Shown here: in pieces, positions 17,489 to 27,500 of the stretch
Position numbering within the stretch: position 1 is the first letter of the stretch
Layout of the letters: the number at the start of each line of letters is the position of its first letter
Source: Candidatus Scalindua sp.
GTDB taxonomy: Bacteria; Planctomycetota; Brocadiia; Brocadiales; Scalinduaceae
Assembly: GCA_031316235.1 (NCBI GenBank)
Contig: JALDRA010000001.1
Coordinates: 2,280,001-2,312,000 of the forward strand
Length of the DNA: 32,000 nt
Reading direction: 5' to 3'
Translations under genes and position numbers: made by a program
The notes under the pieces: model-generated
What the model saw: only the letters and a program-made list of their open reading frames with translations
The model's database searches: none
Told to the model about the DNA's origin: nothing

Positions 17489-18751
17489 ATGGTTACAATT
17501 TATAATAGCATTCAAAAGAGTGAGGTACGTAAGACATTGAAGCTATCAATTTATGAAGGTAGTTTGTCCGGTATTTCAACTTCAATCATTGAATTTTTTA
17601 TCAGGCCGTTTGCACTCTTTTTAAGTGCGAGTGTTTTTCAGATCGGCATGCTCTCATCCATTTCCCAGTTACTTATCAGTTTTACTCAGCTTTGGCTTCC
17701 GGAAACCCTCAAACGATTCAAGAGCAGAAGAAACTTTGTCGCTCTTTTTGCTCTGGTTCAGGCGCTTATGGCAGTTCCCATACTATTCGTGCCGTTTGTT
17801 CCGGAAATAATGCAGATCCCGATGTTAATAGCATTTTTCTGCCTGTACACCGTCATAGGTTCCATGATTTCTTCTGTCTGGGGATCGCTCCTGTCTGATA
17901 TCGTCCCGAGAAGAATAACAGGGTTGTATTTCGGTAAAAGGGATCGTATCGTAGGGCTTTTCTCGCTTGCATTCACTTTGTTAACGGGTTTTTTACTTCA
18001 GAGGAGTATGCAGAATATCATCTGGGGATTTATAGCGATTTTCGGCTTTGCATGTCTCCTCAGAATAGTCTCTTCATCCCTTTTGCTGAGACACTATGAT
18101 GTCCCTCTTCATGTTAAGCCTGAACACCACTTCTCATTTTTTCAGTTTCTCAAGAGATCAAAGTCGGAAAATTTTGGCAAATACGTCTTTTTTAAAGCGG
18201 GAATGTCTTTTTCGGTATTTTTTGCAGCGCCGTATTTTACCGTCTATATGCTTGAAAGAATACATTTCGGATATATTCAATTCATCGTTATAAGCACGAG
18301 CCCCCTTTTTTTTGGTCTCCTGCTAAAGCCTGTATGGGGCAAAGTTGGAGATACTTTCGGTAATCTGTTTGTCATAAGAATCTGCAGTATGGTGATTTCA
18401 CTTGTCCCGGCAGCATGGCTTATTTCAGGCAATTTTTATTACCTGGCAATTATACAGATACCTTACGGACTTGCCTGGAGCGGTTTTAATTTATGTACTA
18501 CTAATTTTATCTATGATTCTGCAATCCCAGAGAAGAGAGTACGCTGCATATCGTATTTCCACACCATTACCACTTTTTCCGCCTGTATCGGCGCTTTTCT
18601 GGGAGGATGGGCTGCTTATTACGTACCGGAATTGTGGGGAGAAAGACTTTTGTCGATTTTTGTAATATCAGCTGTTCTCAGAAGCATAACCTGCATGTTT
18701 TTCTATGGTCGTGTTAAAGAGATCAAGCGTGTAAGGCCGTTTGAATTTTAA
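17489..18751 (+). CDS. MFS-type transporter
   Basis: 420 aa with GAAGGA upstream. About 12 hydrophobic segments and an MFS-like loop (DIVPRRITGLYFGKRDRI). Confidence 0.78.
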   Translation: MVTIYNSIQKSEVRKTLKLSIYEGSLSGISTSIIEFFIRPFALFLSASVFQIGMLSSISQLLISFTQLWLPETLKRFKSRRNFVALFALVQALMAVPILFVPFVPEIMQIPMLIAFFCLYTVIGSMISSVWGSLLSDIVPRRITGLYFGKRDRIVGLFSLAFTLLTGFLLQRSMQNIIWGFIAIFGFACLLRIVSSSLLLRHYDVPLHVKPEHHFSFFQFLKRSKSENFGKYVFFKAGMSFSVFFAAPYFTVYMLERIHFGYIQFIVISTSPLFFGLLLKPVWGKVGDTFGNLFVIRICSMVISLVPAAWLISGNFYYLAIIQIPYGLAWSGFNLCTTNFIYDSAIPEKRVRCISYFHTITTFSACIGAFLGGWAAYYVPELWGERLLSIFVISAVLRSITCMFFYGRVKEIKRVRPFEF

Positions 18752-18965
18752 AAAGATTGTTTCAGAGAGATACATTCTGTCTGGCGCGCATAAAAAATTG
18801 TTGTCTTTGTAAGTTTCTATTTAAAAGATACTTAGCATCATCAAAAATTTTCCTTGGAAACGTTTCCCGAAAGTTGATAATCTAAGGGGCTTATGGTTCT
18901 TATTATAATAACTCAATAATGAAGTGTATATCTTCTGCAAAAGAAATCAGGAGGCGCGATAAAAG

Positions 18966-20741
18966 ATGCCGGACATAAGCACTATAATGGTACTTGCTGT
19001 GGTTGTCGCTGCAACGTATCTCTTTGTAACTGAAAAATTACGGGTTGACATGATCGCCCTCTGTGTATTGCTTACTTTGATTGTGCTGGGATTACTGGAT
19101 CCTGATCAGGCACTGTACGGTTTTGCGAACCAGGCAACTGCAACCATAGGTGCCATGTTTATCTTGAGCGCGGGATTGGTGCGTACAGGGATGGTAGAGT
19201 GGCTGGCGCGGCAGATAGATAAACTCGCCGGCAAGAAAGAGCCCCGGCTGATTATCACTTTATGTATTACTATTGCCTTCCTGTCGGCCTTTATCGTGAA
19301 TACTGCCGCTGTGGCAGTATTCATTCCCATATCAATCGTACTGGCGAAAACACGAAAGATTTCAGTTTCCCGTGTATTGATACCGTTATCATTCGCAAGT
19401 CAATTCGGAGGTGTCTGCACCTTAATAGGCACATCTACGAATATACTTGTCAACTCTGTTGCAATAGAAAAAGGGCAGAAGGCCTTCGGGTTTTTTGAAT
19501 TTGCACCGTTGGGGCTGGTAATGACTTTTGTTGGCATAATTTATCTGGTAATGGCCCGTTGGCTTCTGCCAAAACGCAAGGGAGAGGAGCAGCAGGTAGA
19601 CCGGTACCATCTCGCCGGTTACCTTGCCGAGTTACAGGTTTCTCATAAATCCCCACTGATAGGAAAAAACTGGGAAAAGAGCAAGCTGAAAATAAGTGAG
19701 AAAGTGGATCTCATCAAGTTTATACGGAATGACAAGGCGACTACAAAACCCGCAAAAACCAAGATCAGGGAGGATGATGTGCTCCTGCTTCACGGCAAAA
19801 TGGACAAGCTTATTGCGATGCAGGATAAATATGGACTCAAGCTTCATACAAAGGTAAAAATTGATGACAAGAAAATCAGTTCTGATTCGATAAAGCTGAT
19901 CGAAGTTCTCATTCCACCGCGGTCAAGGTTGATTGGCCGCAGCCTGCAGACGTTTGATTTCTTCCGCCGGTTCGGCTGTGTTGTGCTGGCAGTCCAGCGC
20001 CGGGAAAAGATCATACGGGACCGAGTGTCGGAGACCCTTCTCGATGACGGAGATACGCTGCTTCTGGAGGCTGATAAAGAGAACGTATCCCATCTGCTGA
20101 AATCCCGTGATCTGGTAGTGATGAATGAGCTGACTGAACTGTATGTTCGGAAAGATAAGGCCATTATCGCACTGGTTATGTTCCTGGCCGTGACAATCTT
20201 AACAGTGTTCAATATCGTTCCGATCCTGGTCGCAGCGCTGATCGGTGCGGTCGGCATGGTCATGGGCAGGTGTCTTTCCATAGAGGAGGCATATCAGGCT
20301 ATAGATTGGAAGATTGTCTTCCTGCTTGGAGGTATTATACCCCTTGGGCTTGCCATGGAGCGGAGCGGAGCGGCCCTCTGGCTGGTCAATACGATTTTGA
20401 ATCCGTTTACAGGCTTTGGTCCTCTCGCCGTTCTGTCAGTCCTCTATCTGGTCACTGCGGTGCTGACAAGTTTTATGTCAAATAATGCCGCTGCCGTTAT
20501 AATCGCGCCAATTGGCCTGTCCATTGCGGCTTCCATGGATGTAGATCCGAGGCCGTTTCTGGTGGCGATAACCTTTGCCGCCTCAACCAGCTTTGCGACA
20601 CCGATCGGTTACCAGACGAATACCATGATATATGCCCCCGGAGGGTACCGTTTCTCTGATTTTACGCGTGTCGGCACTCCCCTTAACCTCATATTCTGGG
20701 GCCTGTCTGTGTTGCTCATCCCAATGATATGGCCATTCTGA
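18966..20741 (+). CDS. SLC13/DASS-type permease with two central TrkA-C (RCK_C) domains
   Basis: 591 aa with AGGAGG upstream. N- and C-terminal polytopic halves flank two soluble segments of TrkA-C character (LAELQVSHKSPLIGKNW...DDVLLLHG and LIEVLIPPRSRLIGRSL...GDTLLLEA). Confidence 0.88.
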   Translation: MPDISTIMVLAVVVAATYLFVTEKLRVDMIALCVLLTLIVLGLLDPDQALYGFANQATATIGAMFILSAGLVRTGMVEWLARQIDKLAGKKEPRLIITLCITIAFLSAFIVNTAAVAVFIPISIVLAKTRKISVSRVLIPLSFASQFGGVCTLIGTSTNILVNSVAIEKGQKAFGFFEFAPLGLVMTFVGIIYLVMARWLLPKRKGEEQQVDRYHLAGYLAELQVSHKSPLIGKNWEKSKLKISEKVDLIKFIRNDKATTKPAKTKIREDDVLLLHGKMDKLIAMQDKYGLKLHTKVKIDDKKISSDSIKLIEVLIPPRSRLIGRSLQTFDFFRRFGCVVLAVQRREKIIRDRVSETLLDDGDTLLLEADKENVSHLLKSRDLVVMNELTELYVRKDKAIIALVMFLAVTILTVFNIVPILVAALIGAVGMVMGRCLSIEEAYQAIDWKIVFLLGGIIPLGLAMERSGAALWLVNTILNPFTGFGPLAVLSVLYLVTAVLTSFMSNNAAAVIIAPIGLSIAASMDVDPRPFLVAITFAASTSFATPIGYQTNTMIYAPGGYRFSDFTRVGTPLNLIFWGLSVLLIPMIWPF

Positions 20742-20850
20742 TTTGCGAATCTGCGGAAGGTATCGAAAGAGTTAAAGGCCCTGGAAGAGGCTATGCAGGA
20801 AACCGATGAAGCGATTGCGGATTTATTGTAGGCAGTTCGGGATTTATCAC

Positions 20851-20888
20851 TCACCGTAGAGACGCGATGAATCGCGTCTCTACGGTGA
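20851..20888. terminator. 38-bp perfect palindrome / strong stem-loop (possible bidirectional terminator)
   Basis: TCACCGTAGAGACGCGAT-GA-ATCGCGTCTCTACGGTGA, with 18-nt perfectly complementary arms. Lies 110 nt downstream of the SLC13 permease stop. No flanking U-tract, so intrinsic-terminator function is uncertain. Confidence 0.4.
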
Positions 20889-21279
20889 TCATCCGTTGGT
20901 ATTCAGAAACCTTTCAATCATATGTTCTTTTCTATGGCATATTGAGCTAATAATGGTATAATTTCCGTCTGGAACAGACAAGATTCGATTGGGAGGAGAG
21001 ACTGAAAAAACAGAGAATTTATTTTTTTTGAAAGAAGCCGGGGAACATTATACATCATGCCAGGCACAGTTTGTACACTTCCTGGTCTTTATGCAGCAAA
21101 ACATACAATGCCTCTGGCAAGGCGTTCAAACCGACTCCTTTATTTCCGGAGCTGCCCAAGAGAAGCGTGACCCACATTCATGTGCTTCCTGAAGTTTTCA
21201 GGCTTTGTGTACCGGCGAAGGTTTTACGTCAATTCTGCGTACCGCATAACCTCCGCACACAACGGTTCATATATACAAA

Positions 21280-21362
21280 TATACAAAAACCGATTTAGTT
21301 GCAGTTATACTCGCTCAATTTTATCTCGGATTTTATCCGAAAACCAATATGAGATGAGTATA
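21280..21362 (-). repeat. Modular hairpin repeat, short variant lacking the H2 hairpin core, 83 bp
   Basis: TATACAAAAACCGATTTAGTTGCAGT + TATACTCGCTCAATTTTATCTCGGATTTTATCCGAAAACCAATATGAGATGAGTATA. H1 is intact. H2 is reduced to its two flanks. Confidence 0.88.
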
Positions 21363-21416
21363 ACCTTTTTATTACACTCATTGTAGACCGCCCGCAGGGC
21401 ACTAATCTGGTTTGTC

Positions 21417-22997
21417 ATGAAGAAAATTGAAAAAGATACTATAAAAAAACTGTTAGAACAGAGATTTGGCATTCTGGTTCCAGATAACATCTCATTGCAA
21501 CGGATGAGCGAAAGGAAGAAAAAGGAGTGGCTGGAGAGGGGGGATCGTGTGACGTATCTCCAGCCGCAAGACTTTTTAACAACAAGGGAAGCAGAGAAAC
21601 CTTTTATTTTAAATCCTGACATTATTCAATTAGTTACCGACACGATCCGGCAGGAGGAATTGAGGATCTACTTCGGGATGCTGAGTTATCATGGACGGGG
21701 AAATGCATCCCTGCATACCGGACTTAATGTATTTGACTCCCTTGAGCCCTACCGGGAGAAGTGGGGGCTCATGTTCTTCCTGGGCTATCAGGGTAATCGG
21801 GAAACATCCCTCTGCAAGAAATTAAAGGAGAAGGGAATAACTATTTATTTTAATGACCAGGTGCAGCTTGAAGACAGGGACGGAAACATTCTCGTTGCTT
21901 ACAATGAGACCGGAAAAGCGGCAAACTGTATTAAATCTGTCAAGATGATCCAGGGCGAGGCAAACAAACAGCGGCTGAACCCAAGGAAGACGTTTGTAGT
22001 CTTTGTGGATGACGATTACGTCATGCAGGATTCCCTGACCTATCTTATGATGATGATATCATGGGTTTTAAGTTTTGTGTCGCCTCAAATAACGAAAGAA
22101 AAGGGATTACAGAAGCTGATTGAGAACTGCCAGAAGGTAGGGTTCGTGAAGAATGGGAGCTCACGGCTCCAGTTCTCACGCCAGGTTACGCGTGAGATTA
22201 CCTATGGAGAAAAACCCGTAATGAGCTATAGGGATTTTCTCATAGAACTTCTCAAGCGTGAGATACGAGAACACGGAGAGCGTTTCGAACGTGAAGAAAA
22301 AAAGAGCGCGGTCGAAAGGATGATAAAGGAGTTAGCTCAGATGAAGGCAGCTATCCGGCACCTGGATAAAGTGCCGTCTGATGTGATCATGACGCCGGAC
22401 AACTTTTCTTCCGTCCTTTCTACATTTGAAAAGAAAACGCAGAAAAGCTGCAAAATGATAAGGGAACTGCTGCAGAGAAAAGTGAGATTAGGAGGCAGAG
22501 TGACGAGTTTACTGACCACTCTTTTTCTCCGTCATTCAGAAGAGACCCTCCATTTGTGGCTCAGTGAGTTTACGTACATGCTCAACGGGGATCAGGGGAT
22601 GTCGCTCTATAACTGGCTGCACATGTTAATTGGACGGGGGTATGCCCTGGAGATATCACTCCTGGTAAAGGTGCTTCTCGACAGGCAGTTTCAGGATTAC
22701 AAGGTTATTAACATTATTTCAAATCCCCATATCCATCAATCACAACAGGATATGAACGTAGACCGGATGCGGGATACTATCCTCTCTTCATTGGATCTTT
22801 TTCGACTGTTATACGGAGAAATCAAGACAGGTGATTTTCTCCAGCGTTACGATATGAGTTATACCAGCCGGAGACGGATAATCAGACACCCTGACGGCAG
22901 GGTCAGTTTCGATGATCAATTACTTCAGCTGGAAAAAGACCACCTTGTCCCGCCTTTGAAAGAGCTGTTGCTGGTTGAGAAACCGATCAATGCATGA
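21417..22997 (+). CDS. Atypical GT-A protein related to glucosyl-/mannosyl-3-phosphoglycerate synthases, with N-terminal extension and ~100-aa charged insertion
   Basis: 526-aa ORF ending 6 nt before pyk. Motifs aligned from memory to GpgS/MpgS: VVFVDDDYV (DxD), GGRVTSLLTTLFL, GDQGM, GYALEISLLVKVL, NPHIHQSQ. Inserted helical segment REIREHGERFEREEKKSAVERMIKELAQMKAAIRHL. That it is a gene is well supported; the function is tentative. Confidence 0.6.
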   Translation: MKKIEKDTIKKLLEQRFGILVPDNISLQRMSERKKKEWLERGDRVTYLQPQDFLTTREAEKPFILNPDIIQLVTDTIRQEELRIYFGMLSYHGRGNASLHTGLNVFDSLEPYREKWGLMFFLGYQGNRETSLCKKLKEKGITIYFNDQVQLEDRDGNILVAYNETGKAANCIKSVKMIQGEANKQRLNPRKTFVVFVDDDYVMQDSLTYLMMMISWVLSFVSPQITKEKGLQKLIENCQKVGFVKNGSSRLQFSRQVTREITYGEKPVMSYRDFLIELLKREIREHGERFEREEKKSAVERMIKELAQMKAAIRHLDKVPSDVIMTPDNFSSVLSTFEKKTQKSCKMIRELLQRKVRLGGRVTSLLTTLFLRHSEETLHLWLSEFTYMLNGDQGMSLYNWLHMLIGRGYALEISLLVKVLLDRQFQDYKVINIISNPHIHQSQQDMNVDRMRDTILSSLDLFRLLYGEIKTGDFLQRYDMSYTSRRRIIRHPDGRVSFDDQLLQLEKDHLVPPLKELLLVEKPINA

Positions 22998-23003
22998 TAC
23001 CCT

Positions 23004-24425
23004 ATGTTTATGCGCAGAACTAAAATAGTGTGCACTATTGGACCGGCGAGTGACTCCTCAGACCTGATTGAGAGATTGATTGATGCGGGCATGAACGTCG
23101 CACGGCTTAATTTTTCTCATGGCACACATACTTATCACGGTGATACAATAAAAAGGATCCGTTCGGTTTCAGAAAAGAAAGGTGTCCCAATAGCGGTTCT
23201 GCAGGATCTGGCCGGTCCCAAGATCAGGGTTGGTAAATTTGAAAAGGACTCAATCTGCCTGGAGGTCGGGCAGATTTTTACCTTGACAAATGAAGCGGTA
23301 CCTGGGGATGAAAACAGGGTCTTTGTATCGTACGCGAAATTAACTGAAGAGGTAAAGGTCAACGACAGAATACTTCTTGCTGATGGTAGTATTGAACTCC
23401 GCGTTGTAAAAACAGATACCAGAAATGTTACGTGCATAGTTCAGGTGGGAGGTCAACTTTCTTCCAATAAAGGCATCAATCTACCTGGAAGTTCCTTATC
23501 AGTACAGGCGTTTACCGATAAGGACCGTAAAGATCTGGAGTTTGGATTGGAACTAGGTGTGGATTACGTTGCCATGTCCTTTGTGCGTCGTAAAGAAGAT
23601 ATATTCCACATTGAAGAAGCGTTGAAAGAATTAAATTTGCAGGTTCCCATAATAGCTAAAATTGAAAAATATGAGGCTCTGCAGAAAATCGATGAAATAA
23701 TTGACATTGTTGATGGAATTATGGTTGCACGGGGAGATCTGGCGGTAGAGACTGCTCTGGAGAGAGTGCCAATTGTACAGAAAATGTTAATTAAAAAAAG
23801 TAACCGGGCACGTAAACCGGTTATCACTGCTACCCAGATGTTAAAGTCCATGGTGGAAAGTCCCCGGCCAACCAGAGCTGAGGCGAATGACGTGGCGAAT
23901 GCGGTTCTGGATGGAACTGACGCAGTCATGCTTTCAGAGGAGACAACTGTCGGCAAGTATCCTGTGGAATCAGTACGTATTATGGCCAGGATTATAGAGG
24001 CAACAGAGTCAAGCCGGGTATTAAAACGTCAGCATTACCCACCTGATGAAGGAAAACCTGATTCTATAGTCAGTGCGGTCAGCCATGCCACTTCAGATAT
24101 AGCCCGGGATTTAAAAGCAGCAGCCATCATTACTCCAACGCAGAGTGGCAGCACGGCATGCATGGTAAGCTCGTATCGGCCTGATCAACCGATTATTGCC
24201 TTAAGCACGGATCATCAGATCCTCAAACGCCTTAACCTGGTCTGGGGAGTATATCCGATGCTGTCTGACAGATATTACAATACCGAGGAGATGATAGAGC
24301 AGGCAAAAGAGAAGGCATTAAAGTCTGGTTTCGTAAAAACCGGTGATCTGATCGTTATTACGGCAGGTTTTCCGATAGGTCCTGCAGGCACCACTAACCT
24401 GATCAAGGTTGAGATTGTGAAATAA
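23004..24425 (+). CDS. pyk: Pyruvate kinase
   Basis: RRTKIVCTIGPAS N-terminus, NVARLNFSHG, IAKIE, MVARGDL, and TQMLESM-like ATQMLKSM. 473 aa. The start is ATG 23004 or ATG 23010. Confidence 0.95.
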   Translation: MFMRRTKIVCTIGPASDSSDLIERLIDAGMNVARLNFSHGTHTYHGDTIKRIRSVSEKKGVPIAVLQDLAGPKIRVGKFEKDSICLEVGQIFTLTNEAVPGDENRVFVSYAKLTEEVKVNDRILLADGSIELRVVKTDTRNVTCIVQVGGQLSSNKGINLPGSSLSVQAFTDKDRKDLEFGLELGVDYVAMSFVRRKEDIFHIEEALKELNLQVPIIAKIEKYEALQKIDEIIDIVDGIMVARGDLAVETALERVPIVQKMLIKKSNRARKPVITATQMLKSMVESPRPTRAEANDVANAVLDGTDAVMLSEETTVGKYPVESVRIMARIIEATESSRVLKRQHYPPDEGKPDSIVSAVSHATSDIARDLKAAAIITPTQSGSTACMVSSYRPDQPIIALSTDHQILKRLNLVWGVYPMLSDRYYNTEEMIEQAKEKALKSGFVKTGDLIVITAGFPIGPAGTTNLIKVEIVK

Positions 24426-24500
24426 GAAATAATGGTTGAATATTACAGTTTTCTTCTGATTATGTTTTATATGACAATTTCGGCAAAATAAAATATCTTT

Positions 24501-27500
24501 ATGATTCATGATAAAATGAGTATGAGAAAAATACTATCTCTTATTATTATCTTGGTTTCCGTAACTTTCGGTGTAGCTACGGGAGATCTTTGCGGTCAAC
24601 CGGCTGAGGCGCAGGAAAAATTAAAACAGTCAACACTCCTTGAAGATATCAAGAGGACACTTGAAAGTAGCGGGCAGGATATAATTAACTTTGAATTAAA
24701 CTTAAAACTCCTTAAGGAAGAATTAGAAACACTCAATGCAACAAGGGAGAAATTGATTGAAGATAAGGCAGAAGGTTTCGATTCAGTCATAAAACAGAAG
24801 AGTATTATCGAGGAAAGGATTAATACCTTAAATGAAACAATACGAGTTGGAACAGACATAAAAGACATGGCCGGTAGCTTGGCCAGGGAAGTCGATATTC
24901 TGTCAACCATGACTGAAAGAAAAAACAGTATAAGCGATCAAGCCGCCCTCCTGCCCGCATCCCAATTTGGAAGTATTAAAAACGAACTGGAACTGCTTAA
25001 GGCACGTCTGGAGGCAACTAAATCTTCAGTTAAAGAAAAGGGGACATATCTTTCCGCGTCACAGGCATCTCTTGAGGCCGCAAGATTAAAGCTTGAAGAA
25101 GAGAGAAGGAAACTTAAGGATAAAATAAGAAAACTTACAAGCCAGAAACCCTCAACACAGGATGAATCTCACCAGATCGAGGCCATGACACATGGTCTCG
25201 AAAGTGAGATTAAGTTAAGAGAAGAAAAAGTTAATTTGTTGCTGGCCCAGACCGAGTTGGCAAGGCTTAGTCTGCAAACTGCCCAGATCCAAGAGGTAAA
25301 TATCGAGTCACAAATTGATACCAATACTCAAATTGTCGCTGTTTTATCTCAAAGGAACAAGGAAGAGCAGGCAACCAGAAAGAGAGAGGATGAAGAAAGA
25401 GCGAGAAAAGCAGAAGAAGAAAGAAGAAGGATTGCTGAAGAAGAAAAGGCAAGGGCAGAATTGGAGAAGAGGATAGCGCTGAAGAAAACAGAAGCCACGG
25501 TACAGAAGCAGTTGGAAGAGACATCCCCTGAAAAGAAGAGGGTCCTGGAGATAGAGGCTGACGTTCATAAACAAGAGGGAATTATTGCAACAATAAAGGA
25601 CGAATTGATTAATGAAGACACCGTAAGATACAGAGACCGTGAAGAACTTAAAAGGGTACAAAATGAAATAGAAAAGATGCTGGGCGGAGAAAATACCTTC
25701 AGTGAAATTGATGAAGAGTTACAAACCATTGAAAACCTCTCGGATAGAATACTGCACAAGATAGAAATTATCCAGGGATTTCTGGCTGCAGTGGAAAAGC
25801 AGGGATCCATCATCAGTGAAAGTTTGGAGAGTATGCGGAGAAGTCTGTCGCCAGCCACATCCGGAGAAAAATCAAGTATCGAAAAAGAGGCGGAGGGTTT
25901 CAAAGACAAGGGGCAGGCAGAACAACTTGTAAAGCTTGCACATCTGCGCTTAAGACTTATGGAAGAACAGGAAGCACTGATACAGAACAAAAAAGAGAGG
26001 CTGAATGAAAGGCTTGAAATAAATAATACTCTATCGAGAAAATTGATGCAGGCCAAAAATGAACTTTCACAAATACGGGCCGCAAATGTCTGGGCAAGGC
26101 GTGAGAATACCATTTCAATAAACACTTTCAGATCAGTACTTTCTGATGTCAGGAACCTGAAAAACAAGCTTATTGATTCCTATAAGGCATCAATCCAGAA
26201 TCTGAAAAAACTCACTCTCTTTCTTTCAGAAACGAAAAATACTCCACAATTTGTTATAAAACTCTTCATCATCACAGCTGTTGTCCTGTTATCGTATTTT
26301 ATGAGAAGTTATCTGAAGAGATGGGCAAGAGAGAAGAAACAGCGGTACAGAGCAATTACGCCTCAAACGTTTTACACGTTCAAGCTCATACCCGGGCTCC
26401 TGCAGATCATGCATGGAACATTAACGGTATTCTTTCTATCTGTTATTACTTTCTCGATATCGATTACTGTTCCTTCTCAGTCACCCATACTGCTCTCCAC
26501 CATGTATGGATTTGCAGTTTTCACGTGTTACAAGTTTCTTAAAGGCTTTGTTAGTGAATCCTTCAGCCCTTACAGCGGGACTCGATGGGCTACAATTCCC
26601 TATTTCTCATCCAAGCTGCTGTTCAGAGATTTAAACATACTGCTCCTCTTTTCAGCTGTTTCTCTTACATTACTGTCCGTCCTGTACGCTTACCATTATG
26701 ATAAAAAGGATGTCACAGAACTGATCTGGTTTCAATACCGAATCGGTTCACTGTTCCTGATCATCCTCATTGCTGCCAAACAGAGATCGTATTTGTTAAA
26801 GCTGTTACCATACCCGGAGAGTGCTCTTGGGAAGATTATTAACAAAAGCAGTAACTTCCTCTACCCGCTGCTTATAGGATTTGTTATCTTTCTCTTTGCC
26901 TTAAGAAGCCTTGGATTTGTCTTATTGACATATACGTTCATGGGAGCTTTGATAAAGACAATATCTGTAGTAGTCATTATATACATAGCACATGAGTATC
27001 TCGTAAAGCTGCTTTTGCATTCACAGAAAAGGAGGTTAAAGGAGTGCAGACTGCTGGAAGCAAAAGTGATGGTAATTGAAGAACGGGGTATAAATGTCAA
27101 GTTCAGGGTTTTTCAGAAATTGTTACACTATAGTACCGCAATCCTGTCGGTAATTATGGTTCTCGGTATATGGAATGATACCTTTAAAGATGTCGTCAGC
27201 TCTCCTGCCGCCCCAACGGTGTTTCTTGAGATTTATCAAAGTATCTTGTATGTGCTGGTTTCAATAAAGAACAGTTTGACACATAAATTTCCCCTTGCAG
27301 AGGGAAGATATACAACACCTTTCAAGATGCTCTTCGGTATCATGGTACTGGTGCTGGCTTTCATACTTGCAAGGTATTTGAGAAACATCCTGCAAAAGCG
27401 ATTAGAAGAAAAAGCACTGTTAGAAAAAGGGGCACAGCAGGCAATTTCATCTGGTTTGAGATATTTTATAATCGGAATTGCCGCAATAATAGGCTTAAAC

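Noticed and set aside
20739-20831. TGA read-through or selenocysteine extension of the SLC13 permease (29 extra in-frame codons).
   Set aside because: The permease is complete at the TGA; its last TM helix and short tail are present. I see no SECIS-like hairpin immediately downstream. The extension is better explained as a remnant of another gene. It is reported only as part of the spacer finding.
21030-21110. Minus-strand Cys-rich mini-ORF (MFCCIKTRKCTNCAWHDV) in the long spacer.
   Set aside because: It is only 18 codons, with no RBS and no supporting context. It is most likely chance.
25565-26167. Long antisense ORFs inside real genes: 25565..26167 (200 aa), 27236..27820 (194 aa), 11040..11522 (160 aa), 19844..20281 (145 aa), 23564..23956 (130 aa) and 630..1022 (130 aa).
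   Set aside because: Each is fully embedded antisense to a gene with strong family motifs. Their translations are low-complexity (Ser/Arg/Leu-rich) with no recognisable domains or RBS. This is typical shadow-ORF behaviour, especially opposite the E/K-rich coiled coil of the MscK-like gene.
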